A stretch of DNA of 64,000 bases. It comes from Epiperipatus broadwayi (lineage: Eukaryota > Animalia > Onychophora). Below, in pieces: positions 12,947 through 24,379 of this stretch. The stretch covers positions 8,866,001 through 8,930,000 of the forward strand of contig JAQFVV010000005.1 in the NCBI GenBank assembly GCA_028023455.1, written 5' to 3'. The notes beneath the pieces were generated by a model. The model searched no databases. It was not told the origin of the DNA and was given only the letters and a program-made list of their open reading frames with translations. A program made the translations under genes and the position numbers. Each line of letters opens with the position of its first letter. Position 1 is the stretch's first letter.

Positions 12947-14425
12947 ATGAACTTTATTGGAATACAAGAAAAAAATCAGATCATAGTAAAACCATTTCAA
13001 TGCAGAGTGTGTGGCTACCAAACTACTACCAAAGGTAATTTCAAAATGCATTTAAAATCTCACCCAGGAGAAAAGCCTTTCTATTGTCATTTGTGTGATT
13101 ACATGACTATTATAAAAAGTAGACTAAAACACCATGAATTAATTCATACAAAAGAAAAACCTTTACACTGCAATTTGTGTGATTACAAGACTGCTTTCAA
13201 AAATAGGTTGAAGCATCATGAATTAATTCATACAGAAGAAAAGCCTTTCCATTGCAATTTATGTGATTATAAGACTGCAATAAAATGTAGCTTAAAGTTA
13301 CATGAACGATCTCATAGTGGAGAAAAACCTTTTCAATGCCCTTTGTGCGATTACAAGACAAGTAGAAAAGATACTTTAAAAATTCACGAAAAACTTCATA
13401 CAGGAGAAAAACCTTTTGAGTGCCATTTATGTGATTATCAGACTGCTGTAAAAAGTAGATTAAAAATACATGAATTAATTCATAAAGAAGAAAAGCCTTT
13501 TCAATGTAATTTATGTGATTACAAAACTGCTTTCAAAAGCAGTTTAAAAACACATGAATTAATTCATACAGAAGAAAAACCTTTTCATTGTAATTTCTGT
13601 GATTACAAAACTGCATTCAAAAATAGATTGAAGCAACATGAATTAATTCATACAGGAGAAAAACCTTTCCAGTGCAATTTATGTGATTACAAAACAGCTT
13701 TTAAAAGTTGCTTAAAATTACATGTAAGATCACATACTGGAGAAAAACCTTTCCAATGTAATGTATGCAATTATCAAACGAGTAGAAAAGATAGTTTGTT
13801 AAGTCATGAATTTACTCATACAGTTGAAAAACGTTTCAAATGCACTTTGTGTAATTACAAAAGTATTTCAAAATATAGATTCAAAATACACGAATTAACT
13901 CATGCAGATAACAGTTCTTTCCAATGCGGTTTGTGTGATTACAAAACTGCTACAAAAGCTGATTTGAAAGCACATGAAACATTCCATGTAGGGAAAAAGC
14001 CTTTTCAATGTAGTTTATGTGATTTCGGGGCTACTTCTAAAAGTAATTTAAAATTACATGTTAAATTCACTCATTCACAAAATAAATCATACCACTGCAG
14101 TTTCTGCACTTACAAGACTGCTACCAAGCGTAATCTAAAAATACATGAGCAAATTCATAAAGGAGTAAAATCCAAAAGAAATGCAAAAGATAATTTAAAA
14201 ATACAAGAAAATATTAACATAGTAACAGAGACTGTTAATATGTTTTCTTTAAAAAATTTATATATAGAACAATCTATTCTTAAACAAAAACAACTAATAA
14301 GAGAAAAAGTGTATACATGCTGTTTATGTGATTATAAAGTTATAGAAAAGAATCTTTGGGAAAGTCATGAAATAAATCATTTCACTGATTATGAAATTCT
14401 TGAGATTCTCATACAGTTGACTTGA
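12947..14425 (+). CDS. Tandem C2H2 zinc-finger protein (14 tandem fingers plus 1 isolated C-terminal finger); probably the last or main coding exon
   Basis: Uninterrupted 492-aa ORF with repeated C-x2-C-x12-H-x3-H units and TGEKPF-type linkers; candidate splice acceptor ttgttatag just upstream (~12940); ends ...HEINHFTDYEILEILIQLT*. Confidence 0.95.
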   Translation: MNFIGIQEKNQIIVKPFQCRVCGYQTTTKGNFKMHLKSHPGEKPFYCHLCDYMTIIKSRLKHHELIHTKEKPLHCNLCDYKTAFKNRLKHHELIHTEEKPFHCNLCDYKTAIKCSLKLHERSHSGEKPFQCPLCDYKTSRKDTLKIHEKLHTGEKPFECHLCDYQTAVKSRLKIHELIHKEEKPFQCNLCDYKTAFKSSLKTHELIHTEEKPFHCNFCDYKTAFKNRLKQHELIHTGEKPFQCNLCDYKTAFKSCLKLHVRSHTGEKPFQCNVCNYQTSRKDSLLSHEFTHTVEKRFKCTLCNYKSISKYRFKIHELTHADNSSFQCGLCDYKTATKADLKAHETFHVGKKPFQCSLCDFGATSKSNLKLHVKFTHSQNKSYHCSFCTYKTATKRNLKIHEQIHKGVKSKRNAKDNLKIQENINIVTETVNMFSLKNLYIEQSILKQKQLIREKVYTCCLCDYKVIEKNLWESHEINHFTDYEILEILIQLT

Positions 14426-14658
14426 AATGATGGATAATTTTTTATAAAACTTATTATGAAGAAATTTTTTACATTTTAATGCAATTTGCAAAAATTGACA
14501 TTAAATCTTCAATATCATCAGCAGAATATTAATAAAATCAGAATTTTTATCTTTTGTGTAATATGAAAATTTGATTGAAAAATATAAATTGATTGGGATG
14601 TAGCTTAAAGATTTTAGTACTAATTAATATGTGACTGTAAAGTTTAATGTCGATTTTT

Positions 14659-15355
14659 ATCATTAGCTGAAGTGAGAAATAAATCATTAAAATAAAATAA
14701 TAAGTAAATCAATCAATTCAAGGGAAAAATAGATGTTATCAGCTGAAATGAGATGTAAATCTTCAACTGACATAAGTAGATCAGTCAAATGTCAAGTCTA
14801 TCAATCATCACCTCATTCAAGTGAAATGAGAAGTAAATCACTCATCAACTGAATTAAGTAGATTAGTTATCACTTAGAGAAGTAAATTAGTCATCAGCTG
14901 AAGTTAGGAATAGACCAGTTGAAATAAGAAATACATTAGTCATCATTCTAAGTGAGAAGTTAATCAATCATTAGGTCAAGTAAGAAGTATATCAATCAAC
15001 TAAAGTAAGAAGTAAGTCAAGCTGAAGTGTGGAATAGATCAATTGTAATAAAAAATAGATCAGTCATCAGCTGAAGTGAATAGATTAGTTGCTGATGTGA
15101 GAATTATATCAATCTTCAGCAGAAGTGAAAAGTAGATAAATTATCAACTGAAGTGAGGAGTAAAATGAGAGTTAGATCAGTTGAAATAAATACATTTATC
15201 ATCAGCTGAAATAAGAAATATACCAGTCATTGAAGTAAAAAAATTATTAGTCATCAGCTGATATTAGAAGTAAATCAGTCATTGAAGTGAGAAGTAAATC
15301 AATGCATCAAACTAAAACAAAAAGTAAAATAGCAACTGAAATGAATAAATATGTT
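14659..15355 (+). repeat. Degenerate minisatellite with ~21-bp and ~28-bp units (consensus about TCAGTCATCAGCTGAAGTGAGAAGTAAA)
   Basis: Recurrent agtcatcagctgaagtgagaagtaaatc variants and shorter cagttgaaataagaaata variants; CAGCTG at ~14740, 14895, 15068, 15203 and 15255. Confidence 0.85.
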
Positions 15356-15729
15356 GAAATAAATTGATTAGTCATTAACTTAGCCATGTGTTATTGTTGT
15401 TTAATTTTGTATTTGCACCAATTTTTAATTTAAACTGTATGGTTGTGTTATCAAAAGCAGCATGTCATATTTATGTCGCTGATATTTTTATAAAGTTATT
15501 TTTCTTTTTGATTTACTTTTTGGGACTAATATAGTTCCAGTGATGTGTCTATTTCTCTGTAAATTGATATTAAATATTTGAGGTGGGTTATAATCTTTGC
15601 TATAAACAGTAGTTTATAGATAGTCAGTATCTCATAATTGTGGAAAATGTTTTTATTTTCTTATTAAGGAAGTTTTAGTTTGCCGTCAGTTATGTGACAT
15701 ACATATTCAAGTACTTCAGTAAGGTTAAA

Positions 15730-17150
15730 CTAAAGAACACTATCTCTTATGTTTCTCCTAATAGAAAATCTATATTGATTTTTGATTTGACAATAGTTAT
15801 CAAGTTCTAACTTTACACGGTGATCTAAAAAACCAACCAGCGATGTATTAATCACTGACTCATTGAGCTTATGCCCAGACACAAAGAAAAGGTCTATAAG
15901 AGAAGAGAACCTGCTATTAAAGAAAGTGTATGCGTTATCTAGATATTTTTCATGCAATGGATACAGTGAAATTTCATTCATTTTATTTTGTAATGCAATA
16001 GGAAGAGATCGGAATAAGTCACCAATCAGAATTGAAATCCCTGGTTTTGCAAGAACCTATTCTGAACATTATGGATTATATTTACAACATCATTTCCCTT
16101 AGCTATAGAGTATGCAGCAATTAGATAGTGCAAGTCGGCCTGATAAACAAGGAAAAGCACAATGTAGTTTGTTTGTAAAAACAATAACTGAATTTTTTCA
16201 ATCCCCGAATGCATATATATTAAAGCAGCTATGCCTTGGGCAGGTCTATAATTAGGTATAAAAAGCAAAATATTCTGTTGAGATAATTTATCAATTATAT
16301 AACCAGGTATTTCATATTATTCTTTAGATAAATAGTGAACAATTTTATCAACTATGCCTGGGCTATTTAAACCTCTAATATTAATAGTTAGTACATGAGA
16401 GATTTGTTCATAATTACTGGAATTAATTGACCCTTTATCCACAAATATATCACTTATAGTTTCATTAATCATTTCAATTGTATCCTTGTAAAGCCAATTT
16501 CGATATTAAACTCAGAATTACTACCAAACCGATCTAGCATCGTAAAGTTATTCTTTATATCATTAGTATTGACATCAATTCCTTCTTGTGTATTTATTCT
16601 AGAATGCACTCAGTAACGGTATCATTATTGATCTCTATTCCTTCACCAATATTTATATCAGAATTTACATTGTTGGAAACACACTCAATATCACTGGGGT
16701 AAACCAACCCATCTTCTTGAACACAACTATTTATGTAAGATGATACTTTCAGTAAGCTCAGAAGATTGGCTGAGACTCACACCAATGTCATCAAAATCAC
16801 AAAAATCATTATTAATATTTTTATTAATATTACTACTATGTCTATCCACATTTTAACGTTATTAGTTCCACACAAATGATTGCTTTTATCGAGCTTATTC
16901 CATTTCACACAATTCCCAGCAATGCACAGTGCAGCTATATGACGAACTCTGTTGCATTTAAAGCACAGGGGGAGGGTCTTCCTTTCAATATAATAGGCAT
17001 TGGTCTTTGAACAATCTGTGTGGTAATTGATCTTTCACAATACCTTTTTTCAGCTTCAGGACAACTTTCCATGAGTTTATAGGAATTTGGAAAGAGATAT
17101 CAGAGGTCATCTCCCTCTCCAAAGTAATTACTTCAGCATGATTGTTTAAC
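15730..17150 (-). mobile_element. Degraded L1/Tx1-type LINE (ORF1 zinc-knuckle region and endonuclease), an older relative of the 44.9-51.2 kb element
   Basis: Minus strand LKLKKGIVKDQLP and CFKCNRVRHIAAHC knuckle (~16926-16965), compared with LVLKKGIPSQSVP/CFHCRQRGHLKKDC at 46.6-46.7 kb; endonuclease INIRGLNS (~16360-16390), LIGDL, SLIDLFFVS...LDH. Confidence 0.8.
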
Positions 17151-17528
17151 TGGGTTTTAAAGAACTCTACGTTAAAGTTAGGGTGTGTGCAAAACCCTAC
17201 CGAATACTAAAGGATTAGAATCTTTTGATACCTAATATATCTTATGCCTCTGTACCTCTTTTATTGGACTCTCTGCTAGATCTTTCTGTTCCTTATTAAA
17301 ATATTCGATAGAAATAGCCTCTTGCTGGGAAGAACGCAATGTGTTTAATCGATTGTAAACCATTATTACTCAACAAAATTAGATATTTATTTAAATCAGA
17401 CTTCTCCAAAATGTGCTCACCGTTTTTGTCATTTGTTTATATTATCAACCTAAAAATGGAAGTATTAGGGGACGTGCAGTTAATAAAAAAAAATTTCCAA
17501 TACGAATTTAACTTTATAAACATTTTTG

Positions 17529-18362
17529 GGTAAACACGAAGTTACCAGGTCACAACAAAATTCGAATTTTGTTTCAAATTTTTCTCACCAGAGTTTCTTG
17601 TCGAATTACTGTGCATTGTAGTTTTCGTTTACAGAAAATATAAAATTCGCAAAGCAAATTCTTATAGGTAAGATTGGAATAAAGTATTGCTGGTAGTGTG
17701 AAATTGTTATATTGTCTTGGAGCACTTTTTACAAGTTTTTCAAAGTTGTAAGATGTGGCTTTCTAAGAGTTTTTCAGTTTTCAGATGTAGTCCATAAAAT
17801 GAATCCTGTAAATGGTAATATAGTTGTAGTGCCAGAGAAGGAAGTGTTACATGCTGTTGATCCTCATGACCCTGATATCCACACACAAAATGTGGAAAGT
17901 ATGTGGATGAGAGCTAAACGCAAGCTCAAACATCAGTGTGGCACCAGCAGTACTTTATTCGAATCCTACTTACAGGAATTCGCCTTTAGGATGCTGTCTT
18001 TGCGAATTTTATCATTATAAGCGAAAACTACAATGGACAGTAATTATGAATAAACTTATTAATTATGAATGAACTTATTAAACTACAATGGACAGTAATT
18101 ATGAAAAACTTATTAGAGAATATGCGTAAAATGTTGACTGCGTAATATCTGGGCCGTTTATTTTGTTATTATTTTAATAAATATTTTTTATCAGATATTT
18201 TTTATAATATAATTGTTATTAATTATTTTTCATAATATAATTTTATGCTGCCGTGTATTTGATATTTCACAACAAATTTTTAAATAATTCGACAAGAAAT
18301 ACTCTGGTGAAAAAAATTTAAACTACAAAATTTTGTCATGACCTGGTAAATTCATGTTTACT
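17529..18362 (+). mobile_element. Merlin (IS1016/ISXO2-like) non-autonomous deletion derivative
   Basis: ~80-bp imperfect TIRs (GGTAAACACGAAGTTACCAGGTC... at 17529; ...GACCTGGTAAATTCATGTTTACT at 18362); 8-bp TSD CATTTTTG/CGTTTTTG; internal transposase C-terminus. Confidence 0.9.
17712..18020 (+). pseudogene. Merlin/ISXO2-like transposase C-terminal fragment
   Basis: VDPHDPDIHTQNVESMWMRAKRKL..CG....FESYLQEFAFR matches the HTQxIExxW...YLxEFxxR pattern. Confidence 0.85.
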
Positions 18363-18599
18363 CGTTTTTGAGGGTTGTCACGATAACAGTTGAGCATGCG
18401 ATAATTTATCATTCAGATTGGCGAATTGTGTCGGTTTGTTAATATTTTCAGCTGATTTATTTGATTCAATTTTATCATCTAATATCTTTGTGTTATTGCT
18501 AGCATCATACCAGTTGTTAGGTTGATTTTCGTTAATCAAAGTTTAATATCTTTGTTGTGGCTATCGGTTTTTCTTTTTTTTTGCACCTAAAGAGGATGT

Positions 18600-19600
18600 T
18601 CCAATCAGTGCCTTGACAAGCAAAGAAAAGAAAGGGTTTAGTAAAGAAATTAACAGTGTTTTCATATAATAAATATGATGTAGCTCGAATTGTATGGAAG
18701 GGAGTTGTAGTAGCAGAGTTAACATATGGTAATGATGCATTGTGTTAGTAAAAGGGTATTAGATTACTTAGAGAAAGTACAAAGGGATGTAGGAAGACAT
18801 GCATTAGATGCAGAGGTATGGACAGCAAAGGAGGCAATTCAAGGAGAAATGGGATGGTCAAGTTTTTATATGAGAGATGCAAAAAGTAAAATGAAAATGT
18901 TTGGTAGGTTGCAGTTTATGGATGATAAAAGAATAGCCAAAATAGTATTTAATTGGGTTATGAGTAAAGGGCAGGCAACAAGATGGGTGAGAAAGGTAAT
19001 GCGGTATGCAAAGGATTTGGATAAAGAATTTATATCAGTATACTTGTATAAAAGGTGGGATGATTGTGTTAGGAGGATTGTTGAGTGTTATAGTGGTAAG
19101 GAATGGGATAAAAGAATAGATGCATTAATAAAGAATAGGGAGTTGGAGAGATGGAGAACTAGTATGGAGAGTAAAAAGAGTTTAAATATATATAGAAGTA
19201 AATGGAACATTGGGTGCGAGTTAATTTATGATAATAGTAAGGAAAGTAGCTTATTGTTTAAGGCTCAAATGGGATCTTTAGCAACAAGAGAATATACATG
19301 TAAATGGAAAAATATGGGTGATTTAGTTTGCAAATTGTGTAAGGAAGATATAGAAAATATTAGGCATCTGTTGATTGAATGTAAATGCTTGAAAGCAGAA
19401 AGGGTACAAATAAAGAAGTTATGGGAGAGTAAATATGAACAAAGTGATTATACAGAAAGTGGGTTATTGGTATTTATGCTGGGTTTCGGAAAAGATAAGA
19501 GGGATTTAGATATAAAGGCCATAGAGTTGACAAAGATTATGTTGTGGAAATGGGATGGAGCAGATTATGGGAAAGTTTAGGGTGGGGAATGGAAGGGGAA
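18600..19600 (+). mobile_element. 5'-truncated non-LTR retrotransposon 3' fragment (post-RT domain with C-terminal CCHC zinc-binding motif)
   Basis: 284-aa ORF 18726-19580 with EAIQGEMGW and CKLCKEDIENIRHLLIEC (C-x2-C-x8-H-x4-C); no RT core present. Confidence 0.8.
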
Positions 19601-19676
19601 GGTAAAGTGACTAACAGATGTCTTTGGGCATAGTTGCTGAGAGATTCCTGACTCCATTAAGGAGAAGTCATGGTAC

Positions 19677-19970
19677 ATCACATCACATCAGCTTCAATGT
19701 TACCATTTATGTTCGTAAACTCTGGGAGACCAGCATTTTCAACAGCGGATGAGGTAGCATATCTTCCTTTTTTAGGATTTATTTTCATATCTACACCATT
19801 TTGGGAAGTATTAAATTCATGGTTTCTAATTAAATCAGGGTTACTAATTACTTCTCTTAATTTTAGCTTAATATTGTTAGCATTGGTAGAAGGCTGTTGA
19901 ATGTTTGAGCCACCATTTTCTGTTATGCTATTATTGGCTTTTTTGTTCGGACAAGTATATACAGATTGAG
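19677..19970 (-). other. Asn-rich open frame of ~95 codons with no ATG, possibly the ORF1 N-terminal region of the minus-strand L1/Tx1 relic
   Basis: QSVYTCPNKKANNSITENGGSNIQQ...GNIEADVM*; the frame is closed by a 5-bp TGATG duplication; composition resembles the Asn-rich ORF1 N-terminus at 45.1-46.1 kb. Confidence 0.35.
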
Positions 19971-20339
19971 CTCATTATTATCTTTTAACTCACTCACCTT
20001 AACCTCATGGGTCTTCTTGCCTTTTTTTTCCCATTGCAAATTGTGCCAGGGAAAATACGATATAAATTTTATACAGCTGCAGAAACTTCACAAGCTAGTG
20101 TAACGCTGAGCATGCGCTCTAGCTTCCCATTTTAAACCACAAAATACTTGCTGAAAAATTACTGGTTTTGAGAATATGGAGTTAAATGCTGTGTTTTGAT
20201 ATTCTTCAAAATTTAACAATATCTCAGGAGTATGGCTATTATTTTTTTCTTTTTTAAACATTAATATACTATTATTTTTCCAAATATTTGGTCTTTATTA
20301 TTTTAAATATTTAATATATTATTTTAACAATTTCTCTAT

Positions 20340-21230
20340 TTCTTTACCTGCATTCTTAAGATATTGGTAATAAATTCCATTACTTTTTGAAACGTTTCCA
20401 TTTTTCATAAATTTAATTGCATGTCTAATTGTTTTCTTATTCTTTATTACTAAGCATTCTTTGTATAACTCTTCCTTACACTTTACAATGTCATTGCTTT
20501 GTCTTCTTACTGGTAAAACAACCTTCCTTCCAATACCAAGATTTGTTATATATTCTTCAAATCTTATTTTCTTCTTTAGCTTTCTTTGCCAATTGACAGT
20601 TATAGTTTCTTATTGTTTGTACTATTTTGCAGAATATCAGACACTCAATTCATTTAAATCATTTTAAAATATTTTCACATTTGAAATTTTTTCATATATT
20701 ACTTTGTCTCAGTTGGAAATTACTAGTAAATTGCTGCATTTTTATAGTGCTATCTGTATAGCTGATTTTACTTTAGTAAATAACCTTACTGAATTTGTTC
20801 AAAAATTCAAATATAAACCATAGCACTTTCATTTTTCAATTGTTTTCCAATTCTAGCATGGAAATCTTTCATGACAACTTTAAAATATTACTTGATCTGA
20901 AGCATAAAAATCATTCATTTCTTCAAAAGAGTAAGAACTTGTGGTCTAAATCTGAGTTATCTACATTAAATCGCCAATCCATCTAATGCATAATCAATCT
21001 CCACAAACTTACTTTTCCATTTTTTAATAATGAATCCCATCCTTTTTGTGTTTCATTATTTTTGTCTTTATAACAAAGTATTTCCATTTTTCAAATTCTT
21101 TCACCTCTTCTGATTTCATAAAGTCTGACAATGTCCCACTTAATATTTGATAGTTCTTCCAATTCATACAATGATCCTTCATTTGAAAGTAGTAAGGTAA
21201 TTATAGGTAATTGATTAAAACTCATTATCA
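20340..21230 (-). mobile_element. RTE-clade LINE 5' relic (endonuclease and start of RT)
   Basis: Minus strand ELEELSNIKWDIVRLYEIRRGE (RTE endonuclease N-terminus, ~21100-21170) and AIKFMKNG..S.GI...YLKNAG (~20345-20420). Confidence 0.7.
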
Positions 21231-21899
21231 AATGATCGCCTTAATCCACAAGTGAAGATTTTTAGCATTTCTATCTTGGCTGGTAATTTTACAATCAACA
21301 GGAAGGTTATAATTTAGTTTTGCCAATCACGATAATAAATATAAAAGTAAGTGATCATTCACATACACTTTATCCTGTCTTCAAGAAAATATAACTGATG
21401 TTTTAGTAAAGGACACACATCTGAGAAAAAGACTATGGTCTTTCATGCTTTAAATTTCAAAGCAATGAACTCATCATACTGGATAATGCATGTTGATGAG
21501 TAGTGTTTTTGTTTATCATATGAAAAATCGCAATATTAAGAAATATGATAAAAACATGGATTTCAGAAATTTCTTAATAACTCAAAGAATCATTTTGTCT
21601 CTTTCAGTTAATAGCAACTACTTACTGTAGCAAATACTATTTTTACATAATAAAAATACTGAAAAATCCATTTGAAAAAAATATTTAGTCCCTACTGAAA
21701 ATTATTTTCAGTCCTTAAAAATTGGTAAAAATAACATGATAAACCAGTTAATATGCATTCAAGGCTGAAGTGCATTATTTATTTCATAAACATGTCAAGA
21801 CATACACACATACTAAAATAAAATAAGCATGAATTTATAAGTTTTTAATAGATGTGTTTTACTTCTGGATATAAGATTTGGACACATAACAGAAGAACA

Positions 21900-22240
21900 A
21901 TACAGAGACTTCAAATTCTTCAATGAATTTTGGATATATGTTGGGAATAACATAAAAGCAATGAAAATAAAATATTTGAGATATAGAACAAACAGATATC
22001 ATTGAAAGAATTAAGAGACTGAAATGGATATGGGTTTCACCTATTACTAGGAGAGATAATAATAGATGGACAGTTGAATCTTAAACTGAATCACTAAAGA
22101 TTATAAAAGACCGTAGCAATAGATCCCATATGAGATAAATGAAATAAAAAAGCTTGTGTAAAGTACAGAAGCGATGAATCAGAGAAACTGGACTAAGTTT
22201 GGAGAACCCATCGATTTGTAAATGATTATGATATATATAT
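21900..22240 (+). mobile_element. RTE-clade LINE 3' end
   Basis: TDIIERIKRLKWIWVSPITRRDNNRWT resembles the RTE DI...I..LKW.WAGH..RR.D.RW motif; ends in a tgattatgat(at)n tail. Confidence 0.75.
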
Positions 22241-22249
22241 TATAATGGG

Positions 22250-22440
22250 ACGGTCCTTTTCAGGACTCGAGGAAGTTGCATCTAACTATAGTCAGACTTT
22301 GAATCTTCTTATAGAATGCCATGGATGAAATAATGTAAAATATAATCCAATACACTCCTCTATTAATAACCTCATTACTCTCGGAATTCGAACTCAGGGC
22401 AGAAATCGCAATTGACTCTCTTCAGGCATTTCCACAAATA
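22250..22440 (-). mobile_element. tRNA-derived SINE-like element
   Basis: Minus-strand B-box GTTCGAATTCC (22383-22393), with a degenerate A-box-like segment upstream; no complete cloverleaf. Confidence 0.45.
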
Positions 22441-24379
22441 TTCCATAGTAATGATAAGCTGTATATAACTTATTTATAAATATTAAATCATTAAGTTGAT
22501 TTAATATATATATGCGTGAGTATGTATTCTTATAATTATATATTTTATAAAATAACTAAATAAAATAAACAAATGAGACCAGTTGAATTTTAAAATCAAG
22601 TTTAACGCAGTTATTAATCAGTAATAGAAACAAAAATATTATCACGTAAACAATAGAAAATATTAAAAGTTATAACTATAACCTGTGCTTATATATAATA
22701 CAATAATAAACTATGTGTACAATAAAAAATAATAATATACATCATTAAAATGATTCTGTGCGTGTTATATGTTTGTACAAGATATTATCCATTCACACCA
22801 GAAAAATAATAAAATATATTCCTATATTAATTACGTTAGTGATTAAAAGGAAATTATGATAGATGTCAAGTAATGTTCAATTTGGAAAATAATAAACTTA
22901 CTTCCAAATTGAAATGATTTAAAATTTTTACCTTAGTCAACCGTCACTTTGATTAATACATATATATGCATCAACACCTAGATTTTATTAAAATAAATAA
23001 TAATAAAAGTATTCAACTTATTAGTTTTCTTCTTATCCTATTAAAATCAATTTTATGAAAAGAACTAATTTTCCATGTAAATAATAATTATCCACAAAGG
23101 AAATAAAGTTTAAGAGTTAATAAATTACACAACGATGTATTCCAAGACGAGAAAGAATAATGGTTTTATGTTCCTCCTTAGATGAAATAAAACGACCATG
23201 AATATTGAAAGATAAAGTTCATTGGTGATCATCCTTCGAAGAGGCAATCCAAATATTCATCCTTTTATATGTTTTACGTAGTAAATAATTAACTTCTGTA
23301 AAATACTCCATTATTAAGGCAGCTTTTTATTGGAAATTATGACGATTATATTTTAGGCATTAAGTAGGAATAAATTTACATCTTTAGATTTAAAACATCA
23401 GCAGAAATCTTTGGCATTAATTGTCTAGCCAGAGAACATCTTCGTAAATTTTTGTTTTCTTAAACATATAATTTGAATAATCATTTCGAAGAAGTTGCTT
23501 TCTCTTAAAACTTTATCAATTTAAATGATTTTTTTTAGATCTTTATAAATATTAAAAATTACTTTTTACAAAGAACATACAATAAAGTTCATAAGTAAAT
23601 TAATTACTTGAAGAAAGTTTTGAAATAGTGAATCTTCTTTTTTCTTAACTGTATTCTAAATTCGAACACATTTAAATTTACCAACATAGTTATTGCTTCG
23701 ATAACTAAATAGAAGATAATTATATAACAATTTTTGTTGGTTTTTATACTTGGATTAATTTCTTAAAGCATATCACATAATCACGCTCTTTATTGTTTAA
23801 ATATACTTACAATTTGTAATGAACTCCAAACATTTATTTTCTTTGTTTCAACTGATAAAATGTGATGTTGACTTAAGGCTTTGTCAGTGTCAAGTTTTGG
23901 TAAATAAAAATACCATTAGTTGGAAACATTTATTTATGTGTGTGTAAAAATAAATTAGAATAATTCATTTTTAGAATTATTCTTTTAATATTTAATTAGT
24001 TTATGTATGTAGATGATATATGAAAAGCTTAAGATAGGTGTATGTTATTTATATCTTTTGTTGATTTGATATAGGCACAATTAAATTCATAAACAAACAT
24101 AAATTGTTTAAGTGAGGCTCATATGGTACTCTCACAATATATATATATATATATCAACATTTATAACTAGTTTTTATTCCATGTCACTTTCAATTATAAT
24201 AAAGAATGTTGAATGTTTATAAGGATAATTTTTATACTATTACTTAAAAGGTATAGAATCAGTGGAAGTTAAATGTAAAATTGGCTTGAAACAGATATCC
24301 ATTATCATCTTTATTATGTTTTATTTAAGAACATTGATTCCTATAATCAAAATCATGAGAATTTATAATTTAATGGCAT

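Noticed and set aside
14659-15355. Repeated CTGATGA on the minus strand of the minisatellite as satellite hammerheads or C/D snoRNAs; CRISPR-like spacing
   Set aside because: No stem II or GAAA follows any copy, there are no terminal stems, and units are degenerate and contiguous with no unique spacers or cas genes.
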